A stretch of DNA of 64,000 nt, from contig JBLDXI010000017.1 of assembly GCA_047495785.1 (NCBI GenBank), forward strand, positions 434,001-498,000, given 5' to 3'. Position 1 is the stretch's first letter, and every line of letters begins with the position of its first letter. Below, piece by piece: positions 26,503 through 40,100 of the stretch. Made by a program: the position numbers and the translations under genes. The stretch is from Lepidodermella squamata. Taxonomy: Eukaryota; Animalia; Gastrotricha. Below the pieces are notes generated by a model. It searched no databases. It was not told the DNA's origin and saw only the letters and a program-made list of their open reading frames with translations.

Positions 26503-26668
26503 CAGGGTGGCCGAAAAAGCCGCAGAACTCGAATTTGATGCGCATTATTTCAATGAGGAGTTTCATTGGCAAAAGAATACTTGAAATTCTTCAGCTTCTT
26601 AAACTCATCATTAAATTCATGCGCATCAAATTCGCCTTCTGCGGCTTTTTGGGTTTTTGGCCACCCTG
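26503..26668. mobile_element. Tc1/mariner-type fold-back MITE
   Basis: TA|CAGGGTGGCC...GGCCACCCTG|TA with long internal inverted arms (AAAAAGCCGCAGAA..GAATTTGATGCGCAT / ATGCGCATCAAATTC..TTCTGCGGCTTTTT). Confidence 0.88.
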
Positions 26669-27025
26669 TAATCAAATAAGTAATTGGAATTAGGCTCCGA
26701 TCCTGGGCAAATTTGATTCTGCTACACGTAAAACCCGTTTCCTCCACAAAAAAGTTTTAGTTTTGGGTTGAAAGATTGGATTCTTGTGTTTAAGAATATC
26801 AAATTTCGAAATCGAAATTGGGTTTAATGTTTTGAAAAATTTCCGGGAATAAATTTTTCAATTACTTGGAGCAGCATTTGAAAGCACTTGTTTATAAGAT
26901 ATATGGCCTAATTTTTAGTTGAGCTAATATTTAAAAATACTGAATATTTAGTTTTGCTCTGATTATATTATTTCAATTTTTAAATTTCTGAAATTTTTTA
27001 GGGTTTTATCTAAAATATTTTAATA

Positions 27026-29559
27026 ATGAGGATTTGTGCATTAATATCTGGCGGCAAGGACAGCTGTTTCGCGACCATGTGCTGCATGGCCGCCGGTCAC
27101 CAGATCGTCGCCCTGGCGAATCTTCACCCGATCCGAGGCGCTAAAGACGACCTGGACTCGTTCATGTACCAAACCGTGGGCCACGAAGCAGTCGAAGCGT
27201 ACGCCCAGTGCTTCCTAGATGGCTCAGTTCCGCTGTATCGCAGCGATATCAACGGCTCGGCTGTGTGTCTAGGCAGCGAGTACACGCCGAATGCGGCTGA
27301 TGAAGTCGAGGATTTGCGCGATTTGTTGGCTCGAATTGTCGAGGAGCAAAAAATCGATGCGATTTGCTGCGGCGCGGTGCTGTCCAGCTACCAGAAAGTT
27401 CGCGTCGAAAATGTGTAAGTCATTAAATTGCGAAATTATGTAACTTACTAAAATATATGGGCTAATTTTGTGTAACTCTGAATACTTTGGCCTTCTCAGG
27501 GTTGTAGGCTAAAAACACGGGATTTTATGGGTTCGGGTCATTTTCCGCCATTTGATTTCCGCTAATTTGATTCCCGCTAAATATGTTCCGCTATCCCAAT
27601 TTCCGCCACATTTTTTCCGCCCAATTTTTTTTCGCTCAAAATATTCTCCGCCAAAATAAGTTCCGCTGCTGTTTATTTCCGCTCAGCTCTTTTTTGGTAC
27701 TTTCAGCTCCTTCAATCGTTAATAGCACCAGAAACCCAATTCAATTATTACAAAAATCAAGTTTTTTTATTCATTTTTATGTTATTTGGATTAGGGGAAA
27801 ATTCGCACGAACTTATTACTAGAATTATCATTAATAAATTAACATTATCACGAATTATTGAGAATAACGTGGGACTTAGTTCATGATTTAGTCCGATTCT
27901 GAAGAGTATTCGCCGTCCATAGCTGGGTCGTATTCGGACCCGTTCCATGGCGTTGTTCGCCGGCGCCGCGTCGGACAGTTCGACCACAAAATCAGCGAAT
28001 TTTGCCAAGTTGTATTGCACACCTCTCAGATAGCGATCGATGTCGATCTCACCTCTCACCTTCTTGCAGTCTCCGCCGTCGTCTATTGAGCCGCGAGTTC
28101 ACGCGAACGTATCGAGGAATACGTCGATAACCTGCAAAAATTGATTGATTAAACTTGAGCAATTTTAAGCGATAACATACTCGAGCTCCGGCAGCAATCG
28201 GCAAACGCTGGAGGCGAAAGTGCCGTTCTTCCCTGACCAATATTGCCATCAGCTACCATATAGGGGGATGGCGCTTGCCAAATTGCCGATGGTATCTTTG
28301 AAAAATAAACGAGATAAAAATGTCAAGAATTTAATGGAAATGCCACCTTCAACAGCGTTGTTGGTTCGGGTGCCGCGGCCGTACACGTTCCAGTGTTGTA
28401 TAGTCAGATTTGGATTATTCGACCATTGCGGCATGAAGTAGTCCAGGAAATCCTCTTTTTCATAACTATCGGCCTCCTCAACAACGAGCTCCATGTCGCC
28501 AGGGACTTTATCGACGGTCAAATCATGTTGGCGGAAATTACAAAAGCGGAATTAAATACTGGCGGAAATTTTTTTGAGCGGAAAAAAATTGGGCGGAAAT
28601 TACGATAGCGGAAAAAGTGTAGGCGGAAATAAAAAAGCGGAACTTATTTGGTGGAAAATGTGATACACCGATTTGTTGTTCACTCGAGTCACTTTTGTTG
28701 TTGGTATTAGACGTTGGTTTGTGTGCTGAAACTTGCCCGCCAGTTTTAATTCGAAATCAACCGAATATGTGCCGTCCAGAACTTTTCGAATGACATTTCT
28801 TCGATTTTGTACGCGTCGGTTTCTTCTGTAGTCATTGTTAGTTGGAAATCAACCGAATATGATCAGTCCAACATTTTTCGAATGCCATCTCCTCGATGTT
28901 ATACTCGTCAGATTCTGAAACTCAACGATCCGGGTGCCATCTATGACTTCAAAGTCGTGTAACTAGCAATTTTTTCGGGTCCCTCTGTTTCAAATAATTT
29001 TGAAAAAACTTCTTGGAATTTTCATTATTGCAATATTTGAAATCCGAAATTTTGAATTTTAAGAAATTAACCAATTTTTATTATTTTAGTTGCGCCCGTC
29101 TTGGTATCAAAAGTTTGGCGCCAATGTGGGAACAAGATCAGGTCGATCTAGTCGAGCGGATGATCGGCAGTGATATCGACGCAATTCTCGTTAAGGTGGC
29201 TGCTTGCGGCCTCAAACCTCACTCGCACCTCGGCCAATCGCTGGCCGAAATGCTGCCGACCTTGAAAAGCCTCAGCGAAAAATTCGGCCTTCACGTCTGT
29301 GGCGAGGGCGGTGAATTCGAGTCTTTTGTCCTCGACTGTCCAACATTCAGCCGGCGTATTGTTATGTAAGTTCCGAAATTTTCGAATACAATGTTTTTGT
29401 ACATTAATTTTTAATATTTTCAGTGACGAATCTGAAGTCGTTATCACCGATGATAACAGCGTCTGCCCGGTTGGCCATCTGAAAATTAAGAAATTACATT
29501 TGGAGGCCAAGCCAAATTGGCGATTAGACTTATCAGGCTTGCCGCTATTACCTGTTTGA
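27026..29559 (+). CDS. DPH6: Diphthine--ammonia ligase. Exons 27026-27414, 29090-29365, 29424-29559
   Basis: ALISGGKDS PP-loop, DDLDSFMYQTVGH, DEVEDL, GAVLSSYQKVRVENV|CARLG, ILVKVAACGL, HVCGEGGEFESFVLDCPTF. Confidence 0.96.
27530..28669 (-). mobile_element. Mutator-like (MULE) internally deleted element in DPH6 intron 1
   Basis: Ends GG-N7-CATTTTCC(G/A)CC, arrays of subterminal TTTCCGC repeats in inverted orientation, 9-bp TSD gattttatg/gatttgttg, and transposase C-terminal motifs FLDYFMPQW..WNVYGRGTRTNNAVEG, RHPPIW*, RYLRGVQYNL. Confidence 0.9.
28754..28912. repeat. Diverged direct duplication, ~92-bp period
   Basis: GAAATCAACCGAATATG...TTTTCGAATG occurs at ~28754 and ~28846. Confidence 0.7.
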
Positions 29560-29860
29560 TGATCTGCATTTTTTTTGAAGTAATCAACGTTGAGAGTCGA
29601 GAATCGATTTATTAACTAAAATGCTCAAAATAAAATTGTTAATGATGTTGGTAATATTGTCACTATTTTTTATTATTCAGTTTTCCGCAATGAGGCCCGA
29701 GGCCAGCAAGTTCCAAGTTGACCCCGAAATGACAATAGCCGAGCTAATCATTTTTAGATGCCCAGATCTAAGGTTGAAAAAATGAAAATGTTTGAAAATT
29801 CAAAAATCCTCCTTAAAGTGATCGAGATTAGGCGCTACCTACCATGTTTATTATTTTACT

Positions 29861-30226
29861 GGGTGCAAACTTTCATACATAAATTTTTTCATTGAATTCA
29901 AGCTGTAAATGTAAAGAAAATGACAGCCGACTAGTTTTCGGTTTGTAAAAACAAAAAACGGGATTCCGAAAACGTAGCCAATTTTTTCCGTTTGAAAATA
30001 GTAATTGGTGAAGTGCAAGGGCCATAAAACTTTGAAAAAACTTGAAAATCGACCTAAACCTAACCCTAACCTTAACCCTGAACCCTACCCAAGCCCTAAA
30101 ACTAACCCTAACCCTAACCCATAACCCTAACTCCTATTCGTCGTTTTGTTGAAAAACACAATTTTATGAAAAATATGTATGAAAGGTGATTTTGTCATAC
30201 ATAATTATGTATGAAAGAATACTTCG
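29861..30226. mobile_element. MULE-type MITE carrying telomere-like repeats
   Basis: Both ends read N9-CTTTCATACATAA in inverted orientation; 9-bp TSD tattttact/tattttatt. Confidence 0.7.
30053..30131. repeat. Degenerate (TAACCC)n tract (TTAGGG-type)
   Basis: cctaaacctaaccctaaccttaaccctgaaccc...ctaaccctaaccctaacccataaccctaac seen directly. Confidence 0.85.
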
Positions 30227-31671
30227 TATTTTATTTTCAGGCTCCTCTCTTAAGAGGGACGTTGCAAATTTCAGAAAATAATAGTATTCCTATCTAGCGG
30301 GTTCGTTAGCGACTAGATTGAAAGCTACCTTATATCCTTACATTTTACTAATAAAAAATTAGGTTTGTAACGATTCGTATCAGTTTTTGTCATCAAGCTC
30401 GCGGTGTAGCGACATATTTTCATAAAAATAATTTGCGAGCGCTTTTTAGAGTAAATAAAAATGAAGTGAGGGCTCCTACTATTAAGCAGTGCATTCTGCA
30501 ATAAAGTAGAATTTTCATAATTGGTTTCTATGATTTTTTTTCAACCTCGTTATAATGATGATATGAGATTTATCCATGCTCGATCACACCTCTCTCTCTA
30601 ACAAATATTCAAGATAATTGCAATTTTGGGATCAATTTAGAGCAATCGGGAAACATTTGTTTAAGTGTGACCAAGATCGATTATCATAAAGTTTGAATAA
30701 GGACATTTATTTAGGTTCAACAATCCGAGATACAGACATTTTTTCCATTTTGCCGACAATATGATTATTGTAATATTTGTCGGCCGATTATCTGTGTTGT
30801 AAACAGTAAAAATATCGCGACACCGAATATAAATGAAACCGAATAATTGGCGGTGATGATGAACGCACTTATCCGGCCACGAGTCTCCTGAGTCTCGGCA
30901 CTAAGACGAGCCGGCTGGTTTACACAGATTATGAAGAATGAGACGCGCACTGTTTACGCGACACTTGATGTTTACGATTGATTTTTTCGCTAGTCTTTTG
31001 ACCACCAATTTAGCCCGAGCGCCGACGTTTTAATAGTAAGGAAAATATGTGTAGTATAGTAGTAGCTATTTCGACTGTCTTCCGGGCTGGTTTTTCGTCA
31101 TCAGTGAGTGGTGACATCACTGATTTTCGCCTCGTGGGGCCAGCTTTGTGCGCATGCATGGGCCCTTGATCGCGGCCGTCTGCCTATTTTCCGTCGTGTG
31201 TATAGCCACTTGGTGCGCAACTGCAGACGATGAGCAAGAAAAAGATGTATATTTTACGTGCTATTATTTTTACTTACACACTCAATTTCTGCGCACCCTG
31301 TGTGTATGCGCGCGCGAGATAAATTTACGCGTTTTTCGCACGCGCCACCCGCTGTCATCCTCCTAGCTTCTACTATACTAGAAAAAAACGCGCCAATTTT
31401 TTCACTCAACACCGTGTGCCCACCCCAGGAGAAACACGGCATTGTACAAACCAAGAGTTATAGGAATGTAGACCCAATCCTTATCGTTACTTTCCGCAAT
31501 TCGATACAACCCTATCGTCCCAGATTTAAATTTTACAGCCACCTTAAAAAATCCTTCAGTTTAACCTAAATAATTAATGTCGCAGTATAATTTTTCAGCA
31601 AATTTACACATTGGTGACGTATTTATTAATATGTGAATCATCTACGTCACGCTCCAATTCCCGCCCAAGCG

Positions 31672-34600
31672 ATGACTTACTACCCGGGCGGAAATTTTAC
31701 GTCAATATTCGGCACATTCAACGCCCCGCCTCTACTGCTCGGCCCCGGTCTGCCGCACGGCTACCCGCCGCCGTCGACAGCAGCCAGTCGGTGTTTGACG
31801 AAGCACGACGGACAAGCGGCCCAGTGCGATCAGGGCCTCATTCTACCGACCTGGCAGCCGCCGCTAATGCGGGGCGATGTTCCTACAACTACATTCCGCG
31901 CTTTTGTTTACATCGTCGCTTTGGGCTACATGCTGTTCGGCATCAACGTCATTACCGACCGCATATTGTCCGCAATCGAGGTCATTGTGTCGCAAAAACG
32001 ATCAGTCTCTGTGCGCTCAAAATCAGGTGAGAAAAATTTAATACAAACCTCCTCAAAAGTCAAAATTCGATTTTTTTCACGTATTTTGTGACACATATCA
32101 ATCGAATCAGCTTTCATCACTCATTCTTACTATCCTAGTCCTAGAACTCGTGAAAAAAATGAATTTTGCCGAGTTTTTTTCCAATTTTTGCAATAAGGAT
32201 TTAATTTTTATTCCTTTTTTTACAGGTGAGACTCATACTGTGGAGGTTCCATGTTGGCACCACGTTGTAGCCACCCTAACAGTCTACTGCATCGGTACCT
32301 CAACGCCGGAAATTTTCCTGCCAATCGTCGATGTGTTCAAACGCCGGTTCCAAGCCGATGAACTCGGCCCAGCCGTTGTAGTCGGCTCAGGCGCCTACCA
32401 CTTATTCCTAATCACCGGCGTGTGTTTAGCCTCGGTGAAAGAACCAGCTGGCAAGCCCATCCGAGATCTGAACGTGTTCTTCGTAACAGCTGCCTATGCA
32501 ATTTTCGCGTATCTCTGGATTTGGATGCTGGTCGCCGTAATTTCACCTGGGGTTGTTGAGTTGTGGGAGGCACTTATGACCCTAGCCCTCTTTCCTGCCA
32601 TCGTCTTCACTGCCTGGTTTGTTGAGCGGCGGTTGTACCGCCGGTACTACTATCGACTGAGAAACTTCCTGCGGTGTAACAAACAACCTGGGACCCCTGG
32701 AGAAGAGTCGCCTGCGGAAGATATCGGCGAGGTAGATAACGGCGCCATGTTGGATGGAATTCACGAGAGGCGCAGGAGGTTAGCACAGCTACTGCAACGG
32801 CTAAAGGTCGAATTTCCGGACAAAAGCCGGGCGGAACTCGAGGAAATGGCTGAAATGAAGCTTCTAGAAGAAATGCCGAAAGATGCTGCTTTTTATCGAA
32901 GTAAATATTTTTTGAAAATTTCAAACGAAATTCGAAACTTGGTTTTTTTCTAGTTCAAGCTGGCAAAGCGATATCTGGCGGCGGAAATTTAATTTCAAAG
33001 GAGAAAATCAAAGAAAAAATGGTTATTTTTCCATTCACTCAACTTTTGGGGAGAAATTCCGAGTTGGAAAATTGAATTTTTTTGGCTGAATGCTGATTGC
33101 TAAGAAATAATTTCCCAAGTTGTTAATGTTTATTCGATTTTTTTTCTCCGATTTTAGCGCGAGGAATTCCAGCGAAAAACGTCCTTTCATGTGATAGCAA
33201 CCGATCCGAACACCCAGTACATAACCTTCGACGCCCCTCGATACACGTGCATGGAGAGCTGCGGCCAAACCTTACTAACCGTCACAAGATCCGGCCCTGG
33301 AATCACCGAAACAGCCCTCAACGTTGAATACGAAGCCTTCGAAGGCACGGCCAAGTTCGGCGAAGATTTCGAACCGTCCAAGGGTCGACTGACCTTCCAC
33401 CCGGGCCAAATCAACGCCGATATAGCTGTCACCGTTATCGACGACGATGAATTTGAGGATGATAAAGAATTCTCCGTCCGAATCTATCGGCCACTTTTGA
33501 GGGCGTCGAAAGCTTGTTTTCAGTCGCTAATGGTACCTAGCCAGCCTGTTAATGAACCAGCTAGTCAAAAGGTCGAAATAGGCCCTATTGCCGAGGCGAC
33601 TGTTTGCATCTTGGACGACGATCATTGCGGTGTTTTTTCGTTCGAAAGCCCGGAATCAGCAATAGCTGACAATGTTGGCGTGGCGAAAATCAAGGTTGAG
33701 AGGTCAACAGGTGCGAGAGGTCGAGTTGCCGTGCCTTACAAGGTCATACCAGGCTCGGCTAAGCCTAACGATGATTACCTGGTCCTAGAGCGCAATTTTC
33801 GGCACAACGAACACGGCGCCGTGCTGCCGATGGTCGTGTTTGATAACGACGAATTTGAGGCGTATATCGAGATAGAGATTATTGATAAAAATCGAATCGG
33901 TGAGGTGGCGACGTTTTACATCGAACTAATGGAACCGGAGATTTTATCGTCGCCGCCGAAAAATCCGCTCGGCAATCCGTTGCTGGGTTCGCCGAGGTCG
34001 ATAAAACTCGGAATTTGCGAAGATGCAGAGCTGAAAGAAGCACTAGGTATATTCCCTGAACATTTTCCCGAAATCCAAAAAGAATCCCGGTAAATCTGAG
34101 GAAAATTTATGAATGCATTTTTTTTATTAAAAACTTGATTTCCCTAATATTTTATCGAATTTTTCGAGCTCTATGAATTTAGACTTCGACCACGAAATTT
34201 GAGGTTCCTAAGCTAAATATGGATCTCGAGCTTGGCCTCCATGCTAAAATTTGGTTTTTCGCGACGTTATGAAATTTTTTCAATTTTTTTTGAAAATTTG
34301 AAAATAAAAAAAAATTCAAAACGTCGCGGATTTCTGAATTTGGAGCATTAATTTAGTCAAAAAATATTTTTCGGATTTCGTACATTTCAAATTAAATTCA
34401 AATTTAAATTTAACATTTTCTGAAACTTGAAATAATTTCCGTTGATTTTAGATCGATTGCTGAAAATGGCGGATATTTCTCACCTTGTCGGCACAACCAG
34501 CTGGAGCGGCCAATTTAAAGAGGCAATCACCATCAATTTCGGCGACGAGTACCACGAGGGCGATAAAGCACAACGTCGATGGTTCAAACACATGTCGACC

Positions 34601-35389
34601 TACGCGGTATTCGGGCTCTCTCTACCCTGGCGGTTACTCGCCGCCGCCCTGCCGCCAACCTACCTCCTCCACGGTTGGCTGGCTTTCGTGTCTCTACTCG
34701 GCGTTCTTGGCTTCATGGCCGCGTTGACTGGCGATTTGGCGTCGGCGTTTGGCTGTACAGTTGGCTTGGACGACGCTGTTACAGCGGTTACGCTGATCGC
34801 CTTTGGCATGGGCCTGCCGGACACGTTTGCCAGCCGGCACGCGGCGATGAGTGAGAAAACGGCCGACGCCGCCATCGGCCACATCACAGGGTCTAATGCT
34901 GTCAGTGTCTTTCTCGGCATCGGTATTTCGTGGACTATCGCGTCCTGTTATCACCTCTACCACAATCAGCCATTCCTGGTAAGCAAAAATCAACAATCGC
35001 CCAAAATAATTCTATGAATTTTGCTAAAAATCGAAGATTCGCGAAAATTCAATTAAATTGAAGAAATTCCATCTTTTTTTTTTTTACAAAAATTTCAGCC
35101 TTCAGCTTTCAGTCCCTTTCTCTCCTCATTTCCTAAACTGATGGCGAATTTTTCCTAAAAAACTTTCCAGGTCCCTCCCGGAAGCATCGGCCTGTCGGTC
35201 ACGCTCTACTGCGCCTTCGCGACGGCCGGCATTTCGGCTCTGCTGTTAAGGCGGCTGCCACCGATCGGCGGCGAACTCGGCGGGCCCCTCGGTGTCCGCG
35301 CCATCTCGGCCGTCTTCTTCATTTGTCTGTGGTTCGCCTTTGTCGCACTGTCAATACTCGAAAATTACTGCATAATATCCGGCTTCTAG
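31672..35389 (+). CDS. NCX-like array copy A. Exons 31672-32026, 32226-32900, 32954-33021, 33158-34046, 34452-34978, 35171-35389
   Basis: GLILPTW; alpha-1 GTSTPE / GSGAYH; two Calx-beta domains (IDDDEFEDD, LDDDHCG); alpha-2 GMGLPD / GSNAVS; RR..GGELGGP; ENYC C-terminus. In-phase GT-AG introns. Confidence 0.93.
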
Positions 35390-37162
35390 TCGCAAGGAGA
35401 CAAATAACAAAAAATAATTCCATTTTTATTTTTGCTAAATGACTAATCAATTTAGCCAAAAAAATGTAATTTAAACTATAATTTCCTGTCTTTATTTTTA
35501 CGTTTGCAATTTTACGACACTTTCCGTTGCTTCTCCTTGACTTTTATTTTTGTTGATTTGTTTGCGATGATAAATGATGATTGAGATGGAGGATATAAAA
35601 CAATCGAATTCTTCATTATTTGCGTGCGAAGGACTTGATCAATTAAAGCGGGTTTTATAATAAAAACTTCGACTACAACACGAGACGCTGAGTGCGCAAT
35701 CAAGGCGAATTAAAAAATTGAGTAAATAATAAACAAGAACCGGTTGTATACAAGAGCGCATGCAATGCATAAACACATTTTTCAAGTTTTACGAACCGGC
35801 GCGACTTTCGATTTATCAAATAAATCTAGGCAACTGCCGCGTGTGACAATAGGAAAAAATCACTTGATTACAACGGCGGCGGCTCGAGTTTTCGATAAAC
35901 ACTCGGCTAAGGTAAAAAGTTTACTATCCATGTTATTATTATTACATTCAAAGTCAAAACACGCACCCTCAGCGTGCGGCAAATCGTAGTATTAGCAAAA
36001 TTTTTTAGAAAGTTATATATTTCACTATATATACGTTCGCAGATTCACTAATATTATTATTAAGGCACATGTTTGCCGTGATAATATGACGATGATATAG
36101 AAGGCCGTTGAGGATGTGTGCGAGCGATTTTGCGCGCGCGCAACTTTTCGAGAGCGATTATTATTATTATTACTAGCATTATTTTCGCCAAAAAAGGAAA
36201 CGCAATACTGCGCGCACGCGACATCGCCATCACCGCCAGCCAGGTGTGCGTCGGCAGCGGCCGGCGATATATATCGATCGATTTTCTGCCCAGCGCCTAT
36301 ACTCGCGGCCACACATTATGAAAAAAAAAATTCGCGATTTTTACACATATAATATATATTGGCTTCACGTGTTTTCGCTTCATCTGTGTATTTAGTATTA
36401 AGTCGCGCGTATGTAGGGACCTTGATAATTTTTTGTTTCGCTGACCGCTCGATTGACTGACTGACTGCAGCTGGCGCTGCTCTTGAAAATAACTTACTCC
36501 TATAAGCATAAACAACATGTTTTCGCCCGCGAATATATTTCGAATTTATTTTTCTCGACGTAATATTATATATAAATCGAGACTCATCCGTTCGATTATA
36601 ATATAGCAATGATAGATTTTCCTATATTCCTATTATAATCGCGCATTCCTTTTCTGTGTTTTCATCAACAGAACCCAACATTTTTCAAAATTATTCGCCA
36701 TGAAAAGGGAATAAGTATCATGGCACAGCAATAATTGAGCGTGACGCCATAAATTCTGTAAAATTTTCGTATCATATAGGATGTTTCGGTGCCAAAAATG
36801 TCGAAATTCATCATGCGCACATCTGTCACCTCGACACCCATATTCACCCAGTAAACCTTAGATTCTCCCAGGAGAACTGGAAGCTCCAGACTTCTGAATC
36901 TCAAAGGACCCTCAAAATAAGAACTCGATTATGGCCCCCCCCCCCCCAAAGTGGATTCCCTATTCACACCATAAAACCCAAAGCCATAAGGTATTTGTGG
37001 CATTAGAACCCTTGTTACCATGCACCCATGTGCACCCTGCGCGCACCCATATCACCCAGTCACCCTTCGAGGATTCTGCTATATAGAATATATTTTTACC
37101 TCCTTTTCCATAGATAAGGTAAATTATTAGACACAGATGCCGTGATTAAGGAAGAGGTGTTC

Positions 37163-40100
37163 ATGGATACCACCCCGGCTGTCGTCAACGTATTTGGCGA
37201 CTGGCGCCTGCCACCCGAAGCCCTGCCGCCAGAAGTGCATGCCATCTCCTCATCAAAACTCGGCATGGCGTCATGCAACGCCCCCAACGAATGCGAAGCC
37301 GGTCTCATCCTACCATTATGGTTGCCCCACGTAACATTCAGTGAAGACCCGTTTACCCTAATCTACCGGGCTTTCCTCTACGGATTCGCTCTAGCTTACC
37401 TCCTCTTCGGCGTCAGCATTGTAACAGACCGAATTATTACAGCGGCTGAGGTCATGGCTTCGCACAAGGTAGAGCGGACCATCAAGCTGAAATCAGGCGG
37501 AACGACCACTGTTAAGCAGCTGTTTTGGCACCCGGTTGTCGCCTCGCTAACTTTTGGCGTCGTCGGCACTTCATCCCCCGAAATCTTGTTGCCAATCATC
37601 GAAGTGTTGCACCGCGACTTTCAGGGATCCGACCTTGGTCCGTCGTTGATTGTCGGCAGCGGCGCGTATCACTTGTTCTTCATTACTTCCATATGTCTTC
37701 TGAGCGTTAGAGAATCAAAAGGGAAACCCATTAAAGATCTGCATTTATTTTTCACAACGGCTTCTTTCGCAATACTGGCGTATCTCTGGGTGTACTTGAT
37801 CATCGGAGTCTTCTCGCCAGGGGTCATCGAGTTGTGGGAGGCGCTAGTCACCCTGGCCATGTTCCCCGCCCTCATACTCATCGCCTGGATCATAGCCCGG
37901 CGGTTTCCGGTCAAACTCTGGCGGAAATGTTTGCGCCATTTGAGGCAAAAGGCACTGTCTGATGAGAAAAAACGACGAAGACGGCCCTCGCAGATGCAGC
38001 TCGGGAGTATTGGCCGAACGCCTAGTCAAGAAACTTCTGGCTCGGGAGTAGGTGTGACACGGCAGGCCAGTTTCCCGGAAGACTCAGCGGCAGATGATGA
38101 CGACGATGACGACTCGCCAGAGAACGAAAAGCGACGCAAACTTACTGCTTTGATGCAACGGCTCAAAAAACTGTTCCCGCTCAAATCTCAGCAAGAAATC
38201 GAAGGTTGAAACTCGCAATCCGCCTTAATTGTTAATTTCCGACATTTTTCGCCTGATTTTAGAAATAGCGCAGCAAGAACTCCTTGACGACACGGGCAAA
38301 AGTGCGGCCTTCTACCGGTGGGTTTTGCATGGTTACACGGCCTAACACTCTTAATAGATGCCTGAACCCCGTTTTAACATGCTCATTTTTTCCGCGGAGC
38401 TGATGTGATATGAAAGCTGATTGCTGATTTCATTCCTTCTCATCTCGAATTTTTGCTTCGTTAGCTAACGCTATGGAATTTTGAATATTTCGTAACCGTC
38501 TTACTGGTAATCCTTTAGGTTCTTCAATGCTCGGTTAAATTCGCGGTAATTTTGATACACCCTGTTCAGTAGCATAGGACAAGCTGTCTGCTATCATTAT
38601 TTCAATTTTAATACATTGAACACAGCCTTTGAAATCGTTGCTTGATACACTATGAATTTTAAATTTGCACATGCCTCGAAGTTTACTTTGCTATTCGAAT
38701 CTCACCCCGTAGATTGCAGGCGACTAAAGCCTTCTCCGGTACCAGAAACATGATGGATCTAATGCGAGAGAAAATGGTGAGTTAACTCAATTAGATTTCT
38801 GTTAACCTACCGGTGTATTTTACGCAGGAGGATCAAGGCCGGTCCTCTGCTATGGGTGCTGCGCCATCAAACGCAAACGCGCAACTTGTCGGATTTTCTT
38901 CAAGCCTGTCAACTTGCCAAGAAAGTTGCGGCACATGTGTGATCAAAGTTAACCGATCTGGCGCTGGGGTCAACGAGACAACGACTTTAGTAGAGTATGA
39001 AACTATTGAAGGAACGGCCAAGGCAAACGTGAACTTTGCTCCAACCTCTGGGCAACTTATCTTTTTGCCCGGTCAGCTTAGCAGCGAAATCAAAGTGAGA
39101 ATTCTTGATGACGGAATTTACGACGAGGTCTGCAAGTACTTTGAGATAAAGCTCTCGAATCCTGTCCTGCGAGAGCAATCGACTACTCTCTCTCGGTTGA
39201 TAGTGTCCCCGTCAAGACGCGGCTCTCCGCCTACTTTGCAGTTTAAGGTTAGCCGGGTCGAGCTGAGTATTCCTCAAACGAAAGTTTCCATTCTTGACGA
39301 CGATCACTGCGGAGTTTTCTCATTCGAGCGACCAGAGCAAACAATACCGGACAATATAGGAATAGGGACAATCAAAGTCATTCGGTCGATTGGAAGTAAA
39401 GGGCGCATTAATGTACCTTACAAGATAACACCTGGAACCGCCAAGCCAAATGCGGACTACATTGCTTCAAAATCAAAAGGAACTCTCTGCTTTGAAGATG
39501 GGCAAGCCGAGGCCAATATCGAAGTCACAATTATCGATAAAAATCGCCATGGAGAGGTCTATACGTTTTATATCGAGCTGCAGCAACCTCTTAAAGATGC
39601 CGACATTAAGGCGACTATAGGAGATCCGGTTCTTGGTGACCCAAAGGCTGTACAGATCGGAATTTGCGAAGACGAAGAAATGGAGCAGATGCTGGATCGC
39701 TTGCTCAAAATGACTGATATGGCTGAATATTTCATGTCAGCATCGTGGAAGTCTCAACTCAGGGACGCCGTAATTGTGTTCCGCGACGAGGAAGCTAAAA
39801 AGATTCCGATTTGCCAACGCGTGAAATACTACACTATACATGCTGTAGCATTTCCTTGGAAGCTATTAGTCGCACTCGTCCCCCCGGCTAGAATAATGCA
39901 CGGCTGGCTGTCGTACTGCACTTGCTTGTGTTACATGGGCTTCATAGCTGCGCTTATCGGCGACTGCGCCAGTCATCTCGGTTGTACGATTGGTCTCAAA
40001 GACACAGTTACAGCCATTACGCTCATTCCTTTTGGGATGGGTCTGCCTGATACTTTCGCGAGCAGGAGAGCTGCGATTCACGAAGCAACCGCCGATGCAG

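Noticed and set aside
27541-27690. Regularly spaced TTTCCGC repeats resembling a CRISPR-like array
   Set aside because: Eukaryotic context, units too short, and mirrored at 28530-28660: they are MULE subterminal repeats.
30053-30131. Real telomere or chromosome fusion scar
   Set aside because: Short, degenerate, single orientation and enclosed in a MITE with a TSD.
36935-37066. C13 run and CACCC repeats upstream of copy B (possible G-quadruplex)
   Set aside because: Common low-complexity features with no support for function.
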